Shown here piece by piece: positions 9,602 through 19,614 of a stretch of DNA of 64,000 bases. Under the pieces are notes generated by a model that saw only the letters and a program-made list of their open reading frames with translations, was not told the origin of the DNA and did no database searches. How positions within the stretch are numbered: the first letter of the stretch is position 1; every line of letters begins with the position of its first letter. The position numbers and the translations under genes are program-made. Origin of the DNA: Candidatus Thorarchaeota archaeon (GTDB taxonomy: Archaea > Asgardarchaeota > Thorarchaeia > Thorarchaeales > Thorarchaeaceae). The stretch covers positions 1-64,000 of the forward strand of contig JAOUFI010000004.1 in NCBI GenBank assembly GCA_029858305.1, given 5' to 3'.

Positions 9602-10105
9602 ATGAATGTCGCAGTCATGACAAAGAGTCTGGCAGCAGCCACTAGGGCGTGGCGTGAAAGGATTCTTCGAGAACTGCAAGAGGAGGGTTGCAGTGATTTA
9701 TCCTATCGACCGAGATCTGGAATGTCATCTATTGGATGGCTACTCGCACATCAGGCTGCAGCCTATGACTACACGCTGAACATGTTGCTCAAAGGTAAGC
9801 CCCCCAAGAATCCTGAGCTCTTTTATTCATACAGAGGCGATAGCAGTGACCAAGGTGACTGGAAGGGGACTGCTCTCCAAGAGATTAATGAATACTTTGA
9901 CACAGTTGAGAGTGATTTTCTCACCTATTTTGAGCAGGCTTCCGATAAAGAGCTCACCCGGATACTTGAAGGACCGAGTATTCCTCAATACTACCATGGG
10001 AAGCGTGTCATCGATGCAATTGCTGATACTTTCGCACATCTAAATCACCATAACGGACATCTCAGTGCAATCAAGGGCGACTGGTGTAGACAAAAAGAGA
10101 AGTGA
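9602..10105 (+). CDS. DinB-family protein
   Basis: SIGWLLAH and HLNHHNGHL metal-binding His pattern. Confidence 0.85.
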   Translation: MNVAVMTKSLAAATRAWRERILRELQEEGCSDLSYRPRSGMSSIGWLLAHQAAAYDYTLNMLLKGKPPKNPELFYSYRGDSSDQGDWKGTALQEINEYFDTVESDFLTYFEQASDKELTRILEGPSIPQYYHGKRVIDAIADTFAHLNHHNGHLSAIKGDWCRQKEK

Positions 10106-10113
10106 TTTTATGA

Positions 10114-11610
10114 TTAAGTCACGATGATATCAGGAAACATAGAAATAGCTAGATCATTGAGATACATCATGCTTGGTCTTTTGGTTGTCTTCTGGACTTC
10201 TCTGAGTATCTTCCGCACCTCATCGAAGCGTCCCTGCTTCCTGCGAAGTTTAGCCTTTAGTAGCAATGCTTGAGCGACAATACCCGGAAGATCATTCTTC
10301 TCAGCATATTCTACTAATTTTGTCATCCAAGGACCAGAGGAATCAAAGTTCTTTTCCAAGAATTTACCTGTGAGCATTTCGATCTCTATCTCAGTGAGGC
10401 TGAGAAGACAGATATGCTGAAGCACTGGAACTGGATTATTCTCCAAATCCTCCAGTATTTCTTTGAAGACAGCAATGGCACTATCAAAGTTGCCTTCTGC
10501 CTTTTCAAGAATAGCCTCTACCAATTCGACCCAAATCATCTGGCTGGATGCCCCTGACTTCGTAGCAATTGCATGAGCAGTGGCGAGCTCTGCTTCCGCC
10601 TCATCATATCTGCCAAGGTTGATGAGAGCCCAAGCCAGTTCCACGTGAGCGCGAGAGAGATACCGAAGTCCAGAAGTATTAACATAAAAATCGACTACAG
10701 TTTCAGCTATTTCAAAAGCTTTCTGTCCTTCTCTCATTTGATTGTACATGCACGCAATCAAACAATCATCATACTTCGTTACTCGACCGATTGACTCCCC
10801 AATTTTCCTCCAATTCGAGATATATTCGATTGCCCCATCCAACTCTCCTCTAGATTGCAATATCAACCCTAGACTTCGTTGAACTTTGCCTATTCCGCAT
10901 TTGTAGCCTATTTTAACACTAATTTCTCTGGTTGAAGTATAGAGGTCAATTGCCTGTTTTACATCAGTTTGTCGGATGTGTTCAGCAATCATACGTATGA
11001 TGTCTGCCACCATTACTTGATCATCAAACTTTCTAGCAATTGCAAGAGCTTGTCTCCATTGCTTTAGTGCTTCCTTGCTCTTGTTCTCTATCTCAAACCT
11101 GTGGGCTTTCAGCCATAGAAGATATGGTTTTAAACATTCTAAATCCGTGTTCTTTTCCACGCTCGAAATAACAGCTTCAATTGGCCTGATATCTGTATCA
11201 GACTCTGGATAAGCATATTCAGCAATTAATCTCCAAGTCAAGTAGAGATGAGCTGCTATCCAGTCATTTGGCGCTGCCATTAATGCTTGTTTCACGGATT
11301 TCTTCATATCATCCCAACTGATTGCTTCGCCTCTTGACTCCCTAACCAATAGTAATAGGGGCAATGCCAAGTCAGACACTTTCCCAGCGGAAACCAATCT
11401 ATCAATCAAAGCATGATACTCAATCCAATAAGAAAACTGGGCAATGAGATATTCCAGTAAGGGAGGAGAAGACTCTGAACAGACTCGTTCGCAAAGTCTT
11501 TCTGCGAAGTCGCCAAAGTCCTCAGCCTCATCTATCACTGATTGGAGTATAATTCTTGTTTCTTCATCAACATGTGGGAAGCAAATGGTTATGGTTCCAA
11601 GTGGCTTCAC
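10114..11610 (-). CDS. TPR-repeat protein, 'GTITxCFPHV' family paralog 5
   Basis: GTG start inferred at 11610 (MKPLGTITICFPHVDEET); closest to paralog 2. Confidence 0.85.
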   Translation of the reverse strand: MKPLGTITICFPHVDEETRIILQSVIDEAEDFGDFAERLCERVCSESSPPLLEYLIAQFSYWIEYHALIDRLVSAGKVSDLALPLLLLVRESRGEAISWDDMKKSVKQALMAAPNDWIAAHLYLTWRLIAEYAYPESDTDIRPIEAVISSVEKNTDLECLKPYLLWLKAHRFEIENKSKEALKQWRQALAIARKFDDQVMVADIIRMIAEHIRQTDVKQAIDLYTSTREISVKIGYKCGIGKVQRSLGLILQSRGELDGAIEYISNWRKIGESIGRVTKYDDCLIACMYNQMREGQKAFEIAETVVDFYVNTSGLRYLSRAHVELAWALINLGRYDEAEAELATAHAIATKSGASSQMIWVELVEAILEKAEGNFDSAIAVFKEILEDLENNPVPVLQHICLLSLTEIEIEMLTGKFLEKNFDSSGPWMTKLVEYAEKNDLPGIVAQALLLKAKLRRKQGRFDEVRKILREVQKTTKRPSMMYLNDLAISMFPDIIVT

Positions 11611-11874
11611 TCTTTCAGACCTCAAACCAACGCAATCAGTAAGTAATAGCTGACCTTCCTCATCAATCTTTTGAAGTCTATCATGATTTTGAACCAACCA
11701 TCGAAGAAGTTGTGGCTGAAGAGCCGCCCGATATCTGGGCATATCAGTTAACAGAATTCAGAATAGGAGAGGCTGGCTCTGCGGAAATGGCTTGGTCTAC
11801 AATCCGATGCTGGCATAAATTTCTGCCATCTATGCAAGGTTTTTTCTACTGTTTAGTGATATCATGCTCTCTCT

Positions 11875-12792
11875 ATGAACGAAGCAAATGATGGTCTCCT
11901 TGTTGCAACTGAAAAGGGAAATCTTGAAGGCGTCAAGGCAGCCATAGAGTCAGGAGCAGAAATTGATGCTCAGAATGAGTTCATGAAAGATTCTGCACTT
12001 CATATAGCATCAAGCAAAGGACATCTGGATATTGTCGAGTATCTTATCGATAACAATGCAGATTGTCTTTTAGCCAATGGAACTGATATGACTCCCCTTC
12101 ATCTCGCAGCAAGGGACGGCCAGACCCGTGTGGTGAAGTATCTACTCGCAAAGATTAGGGAGATTCCAGAGAGAGTCCTAAACGATATTATTCATGTCGC
12201 ATCAGTATCTGTGTACGGCAGGCCTGAGATTGTACAGATGTTGGAAGATTATCGAGTAGCCCAAGTAAGACCTGATACGAGTGATGCCATGGGAGCGAGT
12301 GAACTGCTCCTTGAAGCAGCAGAAAATGGAGATTTGGATGAAGTCTTACAAGCTTGTCATAGTGGAGCTGATGTCAATGTAGTTGATGGCAGAGGTATGA
12401 TGCCAATTCACTGGGCAGCTTTGAGAGGACACACTGAGGTGATTATTGCATTACTTGATAATGGAGCAAATGTAGATAGTAAAAACACAGCAGGATGGAC
12501 TCCAGTCATGCATGCAAGTCTTGAAGGTCATAGAGAGTGTGCGAAGATACTTATCGAGAGAGGAGCAGATGTAAATTCAAGAACTGTTGTTTCAGGCACA
12601 GCCCTCATGTTTGCCTCGGGGAAAGGACACAGAGAAATCGTTGAAATTTTATTAGATGCGGGTGCAGATCCATTCGTAATGATTGAGGGGACAGAAGATG
12701 ATGATGGGATGACAGCTCTATTGTATGCTTTACGCGAGGGTCATCTGAACATAGTTGAGATTCTCAGGGAAGTAACAAAGGAATCAGGATAA
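11875..12792 (+). CDS. Ankyrin-repeat protein
   Basis: Multiple TPLHLAA/G..ADVN ankyrin consensus repeats. Confidence 0.95.
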   Translation: MNEANDGLLVATEKGNLEGVKAAIESGAEIDAQNEFMKDSALHIASSKGHLDIVEYLIDNNADCLLANGTDMTPLHLAARDGQTRVVKYLLAKIREIPERVLNDIIHVASVSVYGRPEIVQMLEDYRVAQVRPDTSDAMGASELLLEAAENGDLDEVLQACHSGADVNVVDGRGMMPIHWAALRGHTEVIIALLDNGANVDSKNTAGWTPVMHASLEGHRECAKILIERGADVNSRTVVSGTALMFASGKGHREIVEILLDAGADPFVMIEGTEDDDGMTALLYALREGHLNIVEILREVTKESG

Positions 12793-12880
12793 CAATTGGT
12801 AGTTGCCAATGGAATTTTCATAATTAGTTTTCGAATAAAGAACCAAACAGATAAAGCAAAATTGCCCTAATTAAATCGCT

Positions 12881-13369
12881 ATGAATGAAGAAGAGCACGA
12901 ATGCATTGAGAAAGTCATTATCACAGTATTTCCACCTATACCTGGTATTGGCATCCAAGAGTTAGATCCTATAGTTGATACTGATGACTCATGTGGAGAT
13001 GATTTCTCTCCAAACTTGGTTTCAACGGACAGCGATTCGGAAATTGTCATTGTTACTCTTGATACTAAGAATCCCATGGAGAAAATCAGCCACCTCATTG
13101 AACAGGCTCAGATAAAGTTTGATGATCAAATCTGTGTCCGTTGGGCAAATTACAATTCCCAGGAGGCAATTCGTGATGCTCTTGTTTGGCTCAATGCAGC
13201 CCTTCGAGGAGGTGGAAATGCAACTATTCTTGATGAATCAGGACTCTCAAGATTTATCGGAGCGTCCGCACCTGTGATAAGCATAAACAGTCGGCTCTCT
13301 TTTGTAGGGAATGTTCCAACCGAGAGTCAGTTTCTCGCACGAATAAAAGCCTCGCTCAGAACCTCTTGA
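12881..13369 (+). CDS. Hypothetical protein, possible degenerate thioredoxin-like fold
   Basis: C-terminal APVISINSRLSFVGNVPTE resembles the cis-Pro strand of the thioredoxin fold; no CxxC. Confidence 0.55.
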   Translation: MNEEEHECIEKVIITVFPPIPGIGIQELDPIVDTDDSCGDDFSPNLVSTDSDSEIVIVTLDTKNPMEKISHLIEQAQIKFDDQICVRWANYNSQEAIRDALVWLNAALRGGGNATILDESGLSRFIGASAPVISINSRLSFVGNVPTESQFLARIKASLRTS

Positions 13370-13483
13370 TGCTCTCATCAGGAGCATCGTTGCTACCCTG
13401 TTACCAGTAAAGATTGGGTGAAGATTAATATCATGCTTCTATTTCAATCGTGTTGAACATACTTTGAAAGTGGAGCGCTCGTA

Positions 13484-15094
13484 ATGGAGGAGATTCCAAA
13501 TCATGATATGCGAACTCCGGAAGTGAAACTCACTTCGAAACTAGTATATCTAAGAAAAAAACTGAGAATCGATCGAGCATCTTGGAAATTCACACTCCTC
13601 ACAGCGGCTATTATCACACTCGCATCAATTATCTACGTTCAGTATGTCATGGCGTTATGGGGAGTTTATGGATTCTCTTTTGATGACTCGTGGATCCATG
13701 TTCAATATGCACGAACAATTTTTGAAGGCCGGCCCTGGGAATATGCGTGGGGAATTCCTAGTACAGGCTCCTCAGGGCCCCTCTGGTCTGTTGTCCTAGT
13801 ACCGATTTTCATCTTTGGCTATGGTCATGATACAGTCGTGACCTCAGTACTTGTCATCTCAGGAATCTTCTATATCATTGATGTATTCCTTGTAGGAGAG
13901 ATAGTACGGCAACATACTGAAAGATGGGAATATGTGATTCTTGGCCAAGTTATTTTCGTCCTGGTCCCAAGAAATGCTGGACTGATGCTCTCAGGAATGG
14001 AAACCCCTCTGGGGATGATGCTGATCCTTCTTGGATTACTTCTGCTTCCGCGGCCGGAGAAAAAATACGATCTAGCTCTCGGAGTAGTTGCGGGTTTGGC
14101 ATACTTATGTCGACCGGAGTTTGTATTGCTTGCGGCAGTATGCCTTCCAATAAGAGCGATTACGGTTCTTTATCGGGATAAACTCAAGAAAGAACGTATT
14201 CTGACCATTACGGTGATGTTTATTCTTGCCGCCCTTGTTGTTCTACCTTGGGTCTTACACTGTTACAGTACAACAGGGCTTCCACTTCCTGACTCATACT
14301 ATTCGAAAATGAGATGGGGAGTGACACAAGATGCGATCGACCTCTGGGATTATTTCTGGTTTCAGTCTTGGTTTCCTAACGAACCATATCTAGTACTAGG
14401 ATTCGTAGGCGCATTTGCTCTTCTCATTCTTAAACGAAGACCGTATGAGCTTTTACTCGTCAGTTCGCTATATGCACTATATAGATTGACAATGCCGGGG
14501 ATGTCGCTCCTTTTCGCAGCTAGATATCTAGTTCCGCTTTTCGATATCCTGAGTATTGCATTCACCTGCGGCACTGTACTTACAATCGAGAGGTTATTCA
14601 GAACGGTATCTTTGAAAAATCCAAGAGAACAGGAATATAGAACCCTGATGATTATATTCGTTGTATTGATGTTGTTTCTACCATCAATAATAATCAATGA
14701 TTGGTATACTAATGTGCACGCCAATCAAACAAAAAATATCGAGGAAATGCAGGTCCACCTCTCAATGTGGATTCGTGATAACGTGCCCGATGATGCCGTG
14801 ATTGCCACCTATGATGTTGGCGCGATTGGTTTCTTTGCCAGAGGGATCGTTCTTGACCAGTATGGCCTTGTAACTCCTCCTTTATTGCATAACTACACGA
14901 CTCTTAGTGAACAGGTAGATTACCTAAAGGAAATGAATTGTACATATATCATGTACTATGTAGAATGGTTCCAATGGCTTAGAAATGCCATAATGGCAAA
15001 TGGTGGATCAACTACAGAACTATATCGAGCGCATCTAGATGATAATGTGGTCTGTGGAACTGATAATATGGCGGTTTATCGAATCATATGGTGA
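13484..15094 (+). CDS. Polytopic membrane glycosyltransferase (GT-C/PMT-like)
   Basis: DDSWIH first-loop acidic motif, SGMET, RPE, RYLVP, many TM helices, C-terminal DVGAIGF domain. Confidence 0.8.
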   Translation: MEEIPNHDMRTPEVKLTSKLVYLRKKLRIDRASWKFTLLTAAIITLASIIYVQYVMALWGVYGFSFDDSWIHVQYARTIFEGRPWEYAWGIPSTGSSGPLWSVVLVPIFIFGYGHDTVVTSVLVISGIFYIIDVFLVGEIVRQHTERWEYVILGQVIFVLVPRNAGLMLSGMETPLGMMLILLGLLLLPRPEKKYDLALGVVAGLAYLCRPEFVLLAAVCLPIRAITVLYRDKLKKERILTITVMFILAALVVLPWVLHCYSTTGLPLPDSYYSKMRWGVTQDAIDLWDYFWFQSWFPNEPYLVLGFVGAFALLILKRRPYELLLVSSLYALYRLTMPGMSLLFAARYLVPLFDILSIAFTCGTVLTIERLFRTVSLKNPREQEYRTLMIIFVVLMLFLPSIIINDWYTNVHANQTKNIEEMQVHLSMWIRDNVPDDAVIATYDVGAIGFFARGIVLDQYGLVTPPLLHNYTTLSEQVDYLKEMNCTYIMYYVEWFQWLRNAIMANGGSTTELYRAHLDDNVVCGTDNMAVYRIIW

Positions 15095-15191
15095 CAATAT
15101 TGGTTGTAAGAAACCATACCAAATTGATAATTCGTCGATTGAACTAGAAAAGGATTTTTTGAGAAATAAAAAAACTATGGTGAGATTTCTC

Positions 15192-16082
15192 TCACCATAG
15201 GAGGAAGGGACTTGATGGGTCACCATCGTACTCTTGGGGATGATGTGCTCCTCGAGGATATGGGTAGGCTTCAGCAGCTATGTCAAAAGCAATTTCCATC
15301 TCTGTGCGTGGGTCAGAATTAAAAATCTGGATGAGTGTATACTCTAAGAAAAAGTAGGTCCACAGTCCGTTACTATACTCACCCGCGTCCCAACCCATGC
15401 CCATGATGTCACATGTCGACGCGAAGTAAACATGTTCAGAATTAGACATCGCCATTAATTCTTCACCAAATCCTCCAGCAAAACAGTGATCTAAGAAAAC
15501 GAACACATTACCAGCTACAGCAAGTTCCAAAATGGCAGCAAGTTCATAGTCCCAGAAATATCCGTCTTCACCATTCTCGCCGGCAGTGATATCCCACATA
15601 CAAAGCAGGCTCGCACCTCTACTATCTCCAGATCCATGACCTGAAGAGATGAATGCGATTGTATCTCTAGGACCAGCATTATTCACCATCTCGAGAAGAG
15701 CCATTTTTGCATTATATTCGGTTGCTACTCCGTCATATTGGAGGTAGTAGCTCGAGTTATCTCCTAGGACCAATATGTGTTCATAGCCCATCTCAGATAG
15801 GTAGTAATACCAGTCGTTTGCATCGTCATCGCAATACCGTAGATCATTGATTGATTTGTAATCACTGATGCCAACAATAACAGCAAAGTGCTCTGCTACG
15901 CCATTTTGTGATTTGAAGTCTAGTGCCATAGTCTCCAAACTGGAGGAATCCATATCCTCGATAGATGCAATCAAAGCTCTTTCCTGGTGTGTTGCCACTC
16001 CCAAGGGAACTGCAGTGACAAGCATTCCACTTAGTAGAACTAAGCTAAGAATACAGATTGATATCTTTCTCATCTCAACCAT
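15192..16082 (-). CDS. Caspase-family (peptidase C14) protease with signal peptide
   Basis: AVIVGISDY..L.YCDDDA, catalytic SGHG and LDHC dyad motifs, hydrophobic N-terminal signal. Confidence 0.85.
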   Translation of the reverse strand: MVEMRKISICILSLVLLSGMLVTAVPLGVATHQERALIASIEDMDSSSLETMALDFKSQNGVAEHFAVIVGISDYKSINDLRYCDDDANDWYYYLSEMGYEHILVLGDNSSYYLQYDGVATEYNAKMALLEMVNNAGPRDTIAFISSGHGSGDSRGASLLCMWDITAGENGEDGYFWDYELAAILELAVAGNVFVFLDHCFAGGFGEELMAMSNSEHVYFASTCDIMGMGWDAGEYSNGLWTYFFLEYTLIQIFNSDPRTEMEIAFDIAAEAYPYPRGAHHPQEYDGDPSSPFLLW

Positions 16083-16102
16083 GCCTCCATCTGAATTGAG
16101 GT

Positions 16103-16573
16103 TCAGTGAAACACTAGGTTGATAGTATCTGTACCTGAGAAAATTGCCCCATCTGAAAACATACCAGTTATCATTAGTTCAACTGGTCCATTAGTTCCAG
16201 CTAGCATTTCAATTACTGCACTCCGGTCAAATTTGACCATGGCTTCAAATACTCCATCATTGTTTCGATCTACAATTCCAGAGAATTCAGCCAATGCAGA
16301 GAGGTCTCCGAGGGTTACACTTGTAAAGTCGACATCGTGCGCCACATAACCTTCAGGTGGGGTTATGTAACAGGTCACCCAATCTCCTTTACTATTCGAG
16401 CTCAATGTATCAGGTTTGATATCAATCTCTACTGTGATCTCTTCACCAATTACTACACTAGCATTAACTAGATTTGAAGTGGAATCTTCCACTAGATCAG
16501 TGAGTGTTGCTTGTGCAGGAGGTAACATGAGAATCAATGCAAAGATACCAAACAAGAGGATGTATTTCTTCAA
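16103..16573 (-). CDS. Secreted hypothetical protein (IDIKP-type beta domain)
   Basis: TTG start after GGAG; signal peptide MKKYILLFGIFALILML; IDIKPDTL...DRNNDG...GTDTI. Confidence 0.7.
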   Translation of the reverse strand: MKKYILLFGIFALILMLPPAQATLTDLVEDSTSNLVNASVVIGEEITVEIDIKPDTLSSNSKGDWVTCYITPPEGYVAHDVDFTSVTLGDLSALAEFSGIVDRNNDGVFEAMVKFDRSAVIEMLAGTNGPVELMITGMFSDGAIFSGTDTINLVFH

Positions 16574-16979
16574 ATCGTTCACTCCTTCCTTCACAGTATG
16601 CAGGTTTAGTCTGCATAGCAGCACATGTGTCTCTTCACAGTAGCTGCAGATTAGGAGGTGGAAATCGACATATTAGCAACTCTTTGAAAGAATCCTTTTT
16701 CAGGATACATTGTTAAAATGCTTCGAGAAGGCTTTGAAAAGGAGTAGGAGCGCATTTTAGACCCTTTATATATTCTCTTTCAAATTCTTTAATCGGATGA
16801 AATAGGTGCCTAGTAGCAGGATACACTTCTTAAAACAGAGTCCAAATAGCAAAGCACTATGAGCGAGTATCATCTTTCTAATCCTTCAAACCAAAAGAGC
16901 TCTTGTTAAACATAGTACAACAGAAGAGATAACATTAGATAGATAAAGCTGAAATGCAAAGGGAGTTTGAGTATTCACA

Positions 16980-17333
16980 ATGTCGAATCAATCCCAAGAA
17001 CAGCTTACAGAAAAGAAACTCAAGGAGCTTCAGAGACTTAAAGCCACTCGAATGGCTCTTGACGAGTTAAAGAAGAGGGGCATATTTGCTGATTTTATTA
17101 TTTGCCCAGAGTGCAAGAGTCCTAGAATCCAAGAATTGACATCTTTTCATGACCTGGGGTATATAGGCAGTTTTCAACCAATGTATTTCTGTAAAGACTG
17201 TGGATGGTATGGTCGCTTGGAGCTGACAATGTCAAATAGGCCACTGGATGAGGCAATACTTGAGGACCTGAAAGATGTGTCACTCGAGCATGAAATTGAA
17301 GAATATCTAGATGATTCCAGTTTCGAGGAATGA
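16980..17333 (+). CDS. Small Zn-ribbon protein
   Basis: CPEC...CKDC pairs. Confidence 0.75.
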   Translation: MSNQSQEQLTEKKLKELQRLKATRMALDELKKRGIFADFIICPECKSPRIQELTSFHDLGYIGSFQPMYFCKDCGWYGRLELTMSNRPLDEAILEDLKDVSLEHEIEEYLDDSSFEE

Positions 17334-17343
17334 TTATCCAACA

Positions 17344-18306
17344 CTATCTGGTTTTACTGTATATCAGAGCCTTTACGTGATCCTCACTGATATTTCCACC
17401 ACTGATGACAGCAACTACACTTTTTCCGGAGAACATTTGTTTCATCTCGAGAAGAACTGCAACAGAGGCGGCTCCGGCTCCTTCTATAACAAGTCTTTCT
17501 TTTTCATAGAGAAGGCAGATGGCTTCGAGGATAGAGGATTCGTGAACCAGAACGATACGGTCAACATATTTCTGAATTATACCTAACGTTATAGAATCAG
17601 ACTCAACTCCGCCCATGAGACCCTGAGCTAGTGAGTCTGACTCTGCTGCCTCAACCCAGTGACCAGCCTTCCATGATTCATATACCTCTGGAGAGACCTC
17701 TGATTGTACTCCGATAATCTGAGTTTTGGGGCTCTTTACCTTAACAGCTGTAGCAATACCAGAGATTAGGCCTCCACCTCCTATTGGGACAATAATTGCA
17801 TCAATGTGGTCAGACTGCTCTAGGATCTCAAGACCTACAGTTCCAGCCCCTGCAATAATCTCAGAATCATTATAGGGACTGACATAGGTCAAGTTCTTGT
17901 CTTTCGCAAGTTCCTGTGCATAGTCTTCAATTTCGGCATAGCCAACCTCTTGAATAACTTCAACACCAGCGTCAGACATTTTCTTGTGCTTTTCTTGAGA
18001 TGCCTCAGTTGGAAACACAACCCGAGCTTTGATTCCGAGCTGCCCCGCTGCAAATGCAACACCAAGTCCATGATTGCCTGTAGATGCAGTAATAACGCCT
18101 CTCGCAATCTCTTCCTTTGTCAGTGTCATCATTCTATTGAGAGCGCCTCTCACTTTAAAGGAGCCAGAAATTTGCTCATTCTCAAGTTTGAGAAAAACTG
18201 ATGCGCCTGTGAGTTGACTAAGGTATTCAGAGCGTTTCAAGGGAGTCACTCTGGTTAATCGTCCAATACGTTCTCTTGCTTTCAGGACTTGGTCAATCGA
18301 CACCAT
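17344..18306 (-). CDS. Threonine/serine dehydratase (PLP fold type II), no regulatory domain
   Basis: SGSFKVRGA PLP lysine, STGNHG, PIGGGGL, SGGN. Confidence 0.9.
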   Translation of the reverse strand: MVSIDQVLKARERIGRLTRVTPLKRSEYLSQLTGASVFLKLENEQISGSFKVRGALNRMMTLTKEEIARGVITASTGNHGLGVAFAAGQLGIKARVVFPTEASQEKHKKMSDAGVEVIQEVGYAEIEDYAQELAKDKNLTYVSPYNDSEIIAGAGTVGLEILEQSDHIDAIIVPIGGGGLISGIATAVKVKSPKTQIIGVQSEVSPEVYESWKAGHWVEAAESDSLAQGLMGGVESDSITLGIIQKYVDRIVLVHESSILEAICLLYEKERLVIEGAGAASVAVLLEMKQMFSGKSVVAVISGGNISEDHVKALIYSKTR

Positions 18307-18359
18307 ACTCTTTTGCCTCAGTATAATCAATCCACTTACATCGAGTATATGTGTTTACT

Positions 18360-19505
18360 TCAACAGTCAATCACAATGAGAGGAACGAGCATTTCATCTG
18401 GAGAGACACCTCCATGATGTCCTAGCATTTCGGGTGGCTCTCTTCCTGGAAAGCAATTGAGAATGGCATGCTGATCTTTGAAAATGAGCGTGTAATCGCC
18501 TATTCGACTATGGAGTTTCGGATTTACCTCAAACAAGCCAAACCAGTTCTGATTGATGAGGTCTTTGCTCCGATATATCTCACATATACCTCCAAACACC
18601 TTCTGCACATAGGTCTCGAATCTCTCTGTCTGCCATGGACGAACATAGCAGAATACGCTCCTTGAATCGCCGCAGAGTGGAAGAATCAGAGAGTCCATGA
18701 GCTCGGGATGGTCTCGTGTTAATATGGAATTCGCTGTTGGAACATCCATAAAACCATGGTCGCTGGTGATAATCAAAGTTGTACTCGACCCCTCGAGCGA
18801 TTCCGCAAGAGCTTTTGTTTTCGCATCAAAGAATTTCAGATGGTCCTGAGCCTCTTGGCTTGAAGGACCAGGGATATGGCTCACTTCATCAAGATATGGC
18901 CAATATGCCTGAATGTACTTCTTTCTATCAGAATGACCTATCGTGTTTTTGACGCTCTTGAACAACCCATCAAGCTCATTGTCAAATCCGATTCTACGGG
19001 CATTTCTCACAATATGCCTTGTGAATTCTGAATCAATAATTCGCTCGTTCAACACAACATAATAGTCACGGTCCATTTGGGAAGGAAGGGAAGTTACATC
19101 AATGACATGGGAGATACTCTCACCTAAAACATTGTAGTCGATAGTATTGCTATATGGGAGAATTCGTGAAACTAATCCAAATTCCTTCAGATAGACATAC
19201 CAACCAGTTGAAGCATGTTGCTGAGGAGCAAGTCCGGTGTAAATCGAGGTCATTGCAGAACCTGTTGAAGGAGGGAAGACTGATGTAATCGCCGTCTTGA
19301 GGTGTCGTGCAATATATGTGTCAGAGCCACGAGTCTTAAGATAATTATAGCCTAAACCATCAATAACTAAGAGAACAATATTGTCAGCATCATTTATTCC
19401 TGAGAGTGATTGCGAATCCAATGGAGAATATGGACTCGTAACACCACCTGTGGAAACAATGGAACTCATGAGGTTGACAATACTATTAGAATAGTCAGGT
19501 TTCAT
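18360..19505 (-). CDS. Alkaline phosphatase superfamily / nucleotide pyrophosphatase-phosphodiesterase
   Basis: VIDGLG, SVFPPST, DEVSH, TSDHG, GHHGG. Confidence 0.88.
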   Translation of the reverse strand: MKPDYSNSIVNLMSSIVSTGGVTSPYSPLDSQSLSGINDADNIVLLVIDGLGYNYLKTRGSDTYIARHLKTAITSVFPPSTGSAMTSIYTGLAPQQHASTGWYVYLKEFGLVSRILPYSNTIDYNVLGESISHVIDVTSLPSQMDRDYYVVLNERIIDSEFTRHIVRNARRIGFDNELDGLFKSVKNTIGHSDRKKYIQAYWPYLDEVSHIPGPSSQEAQDHLKFFDAKTKALAESLEGSSTTLIITSDHGFMDVPTANSILTRDHPELMDSLILPLCGDSRSVFCYVRPWQTERFETYVQKVFGGICEIYRSKDLINQNWFGLFEVNPKLHSRIGDYTLIFKDQHAILNCFPGREPPEMLGHHGGVSPDEMLVPLIVIDC

Positions 19506-19614
19506 GGTCACTTCTCTACTAAGCAGATGGTCCATAAGAGTATAGTGTACCGATGTTATAGCTTCAAAGAAAATTTCTCAATAACAAGGATAGACCTCAG
19601 GATGTCGATCATTG

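Noticed and set aside
1978-11610. TPR paralogs as a diversity-generating retroelement (TR/VR pair)
   Set aside because: No reverse transcriptase in the window, and differences between copies are not confined to adenines.
16625-16979. Long intergenic region as a possible ncRNA or tRNA
   Set aside because: AT-rich divergent promoter region with no cloverleaf or strong stem visible.
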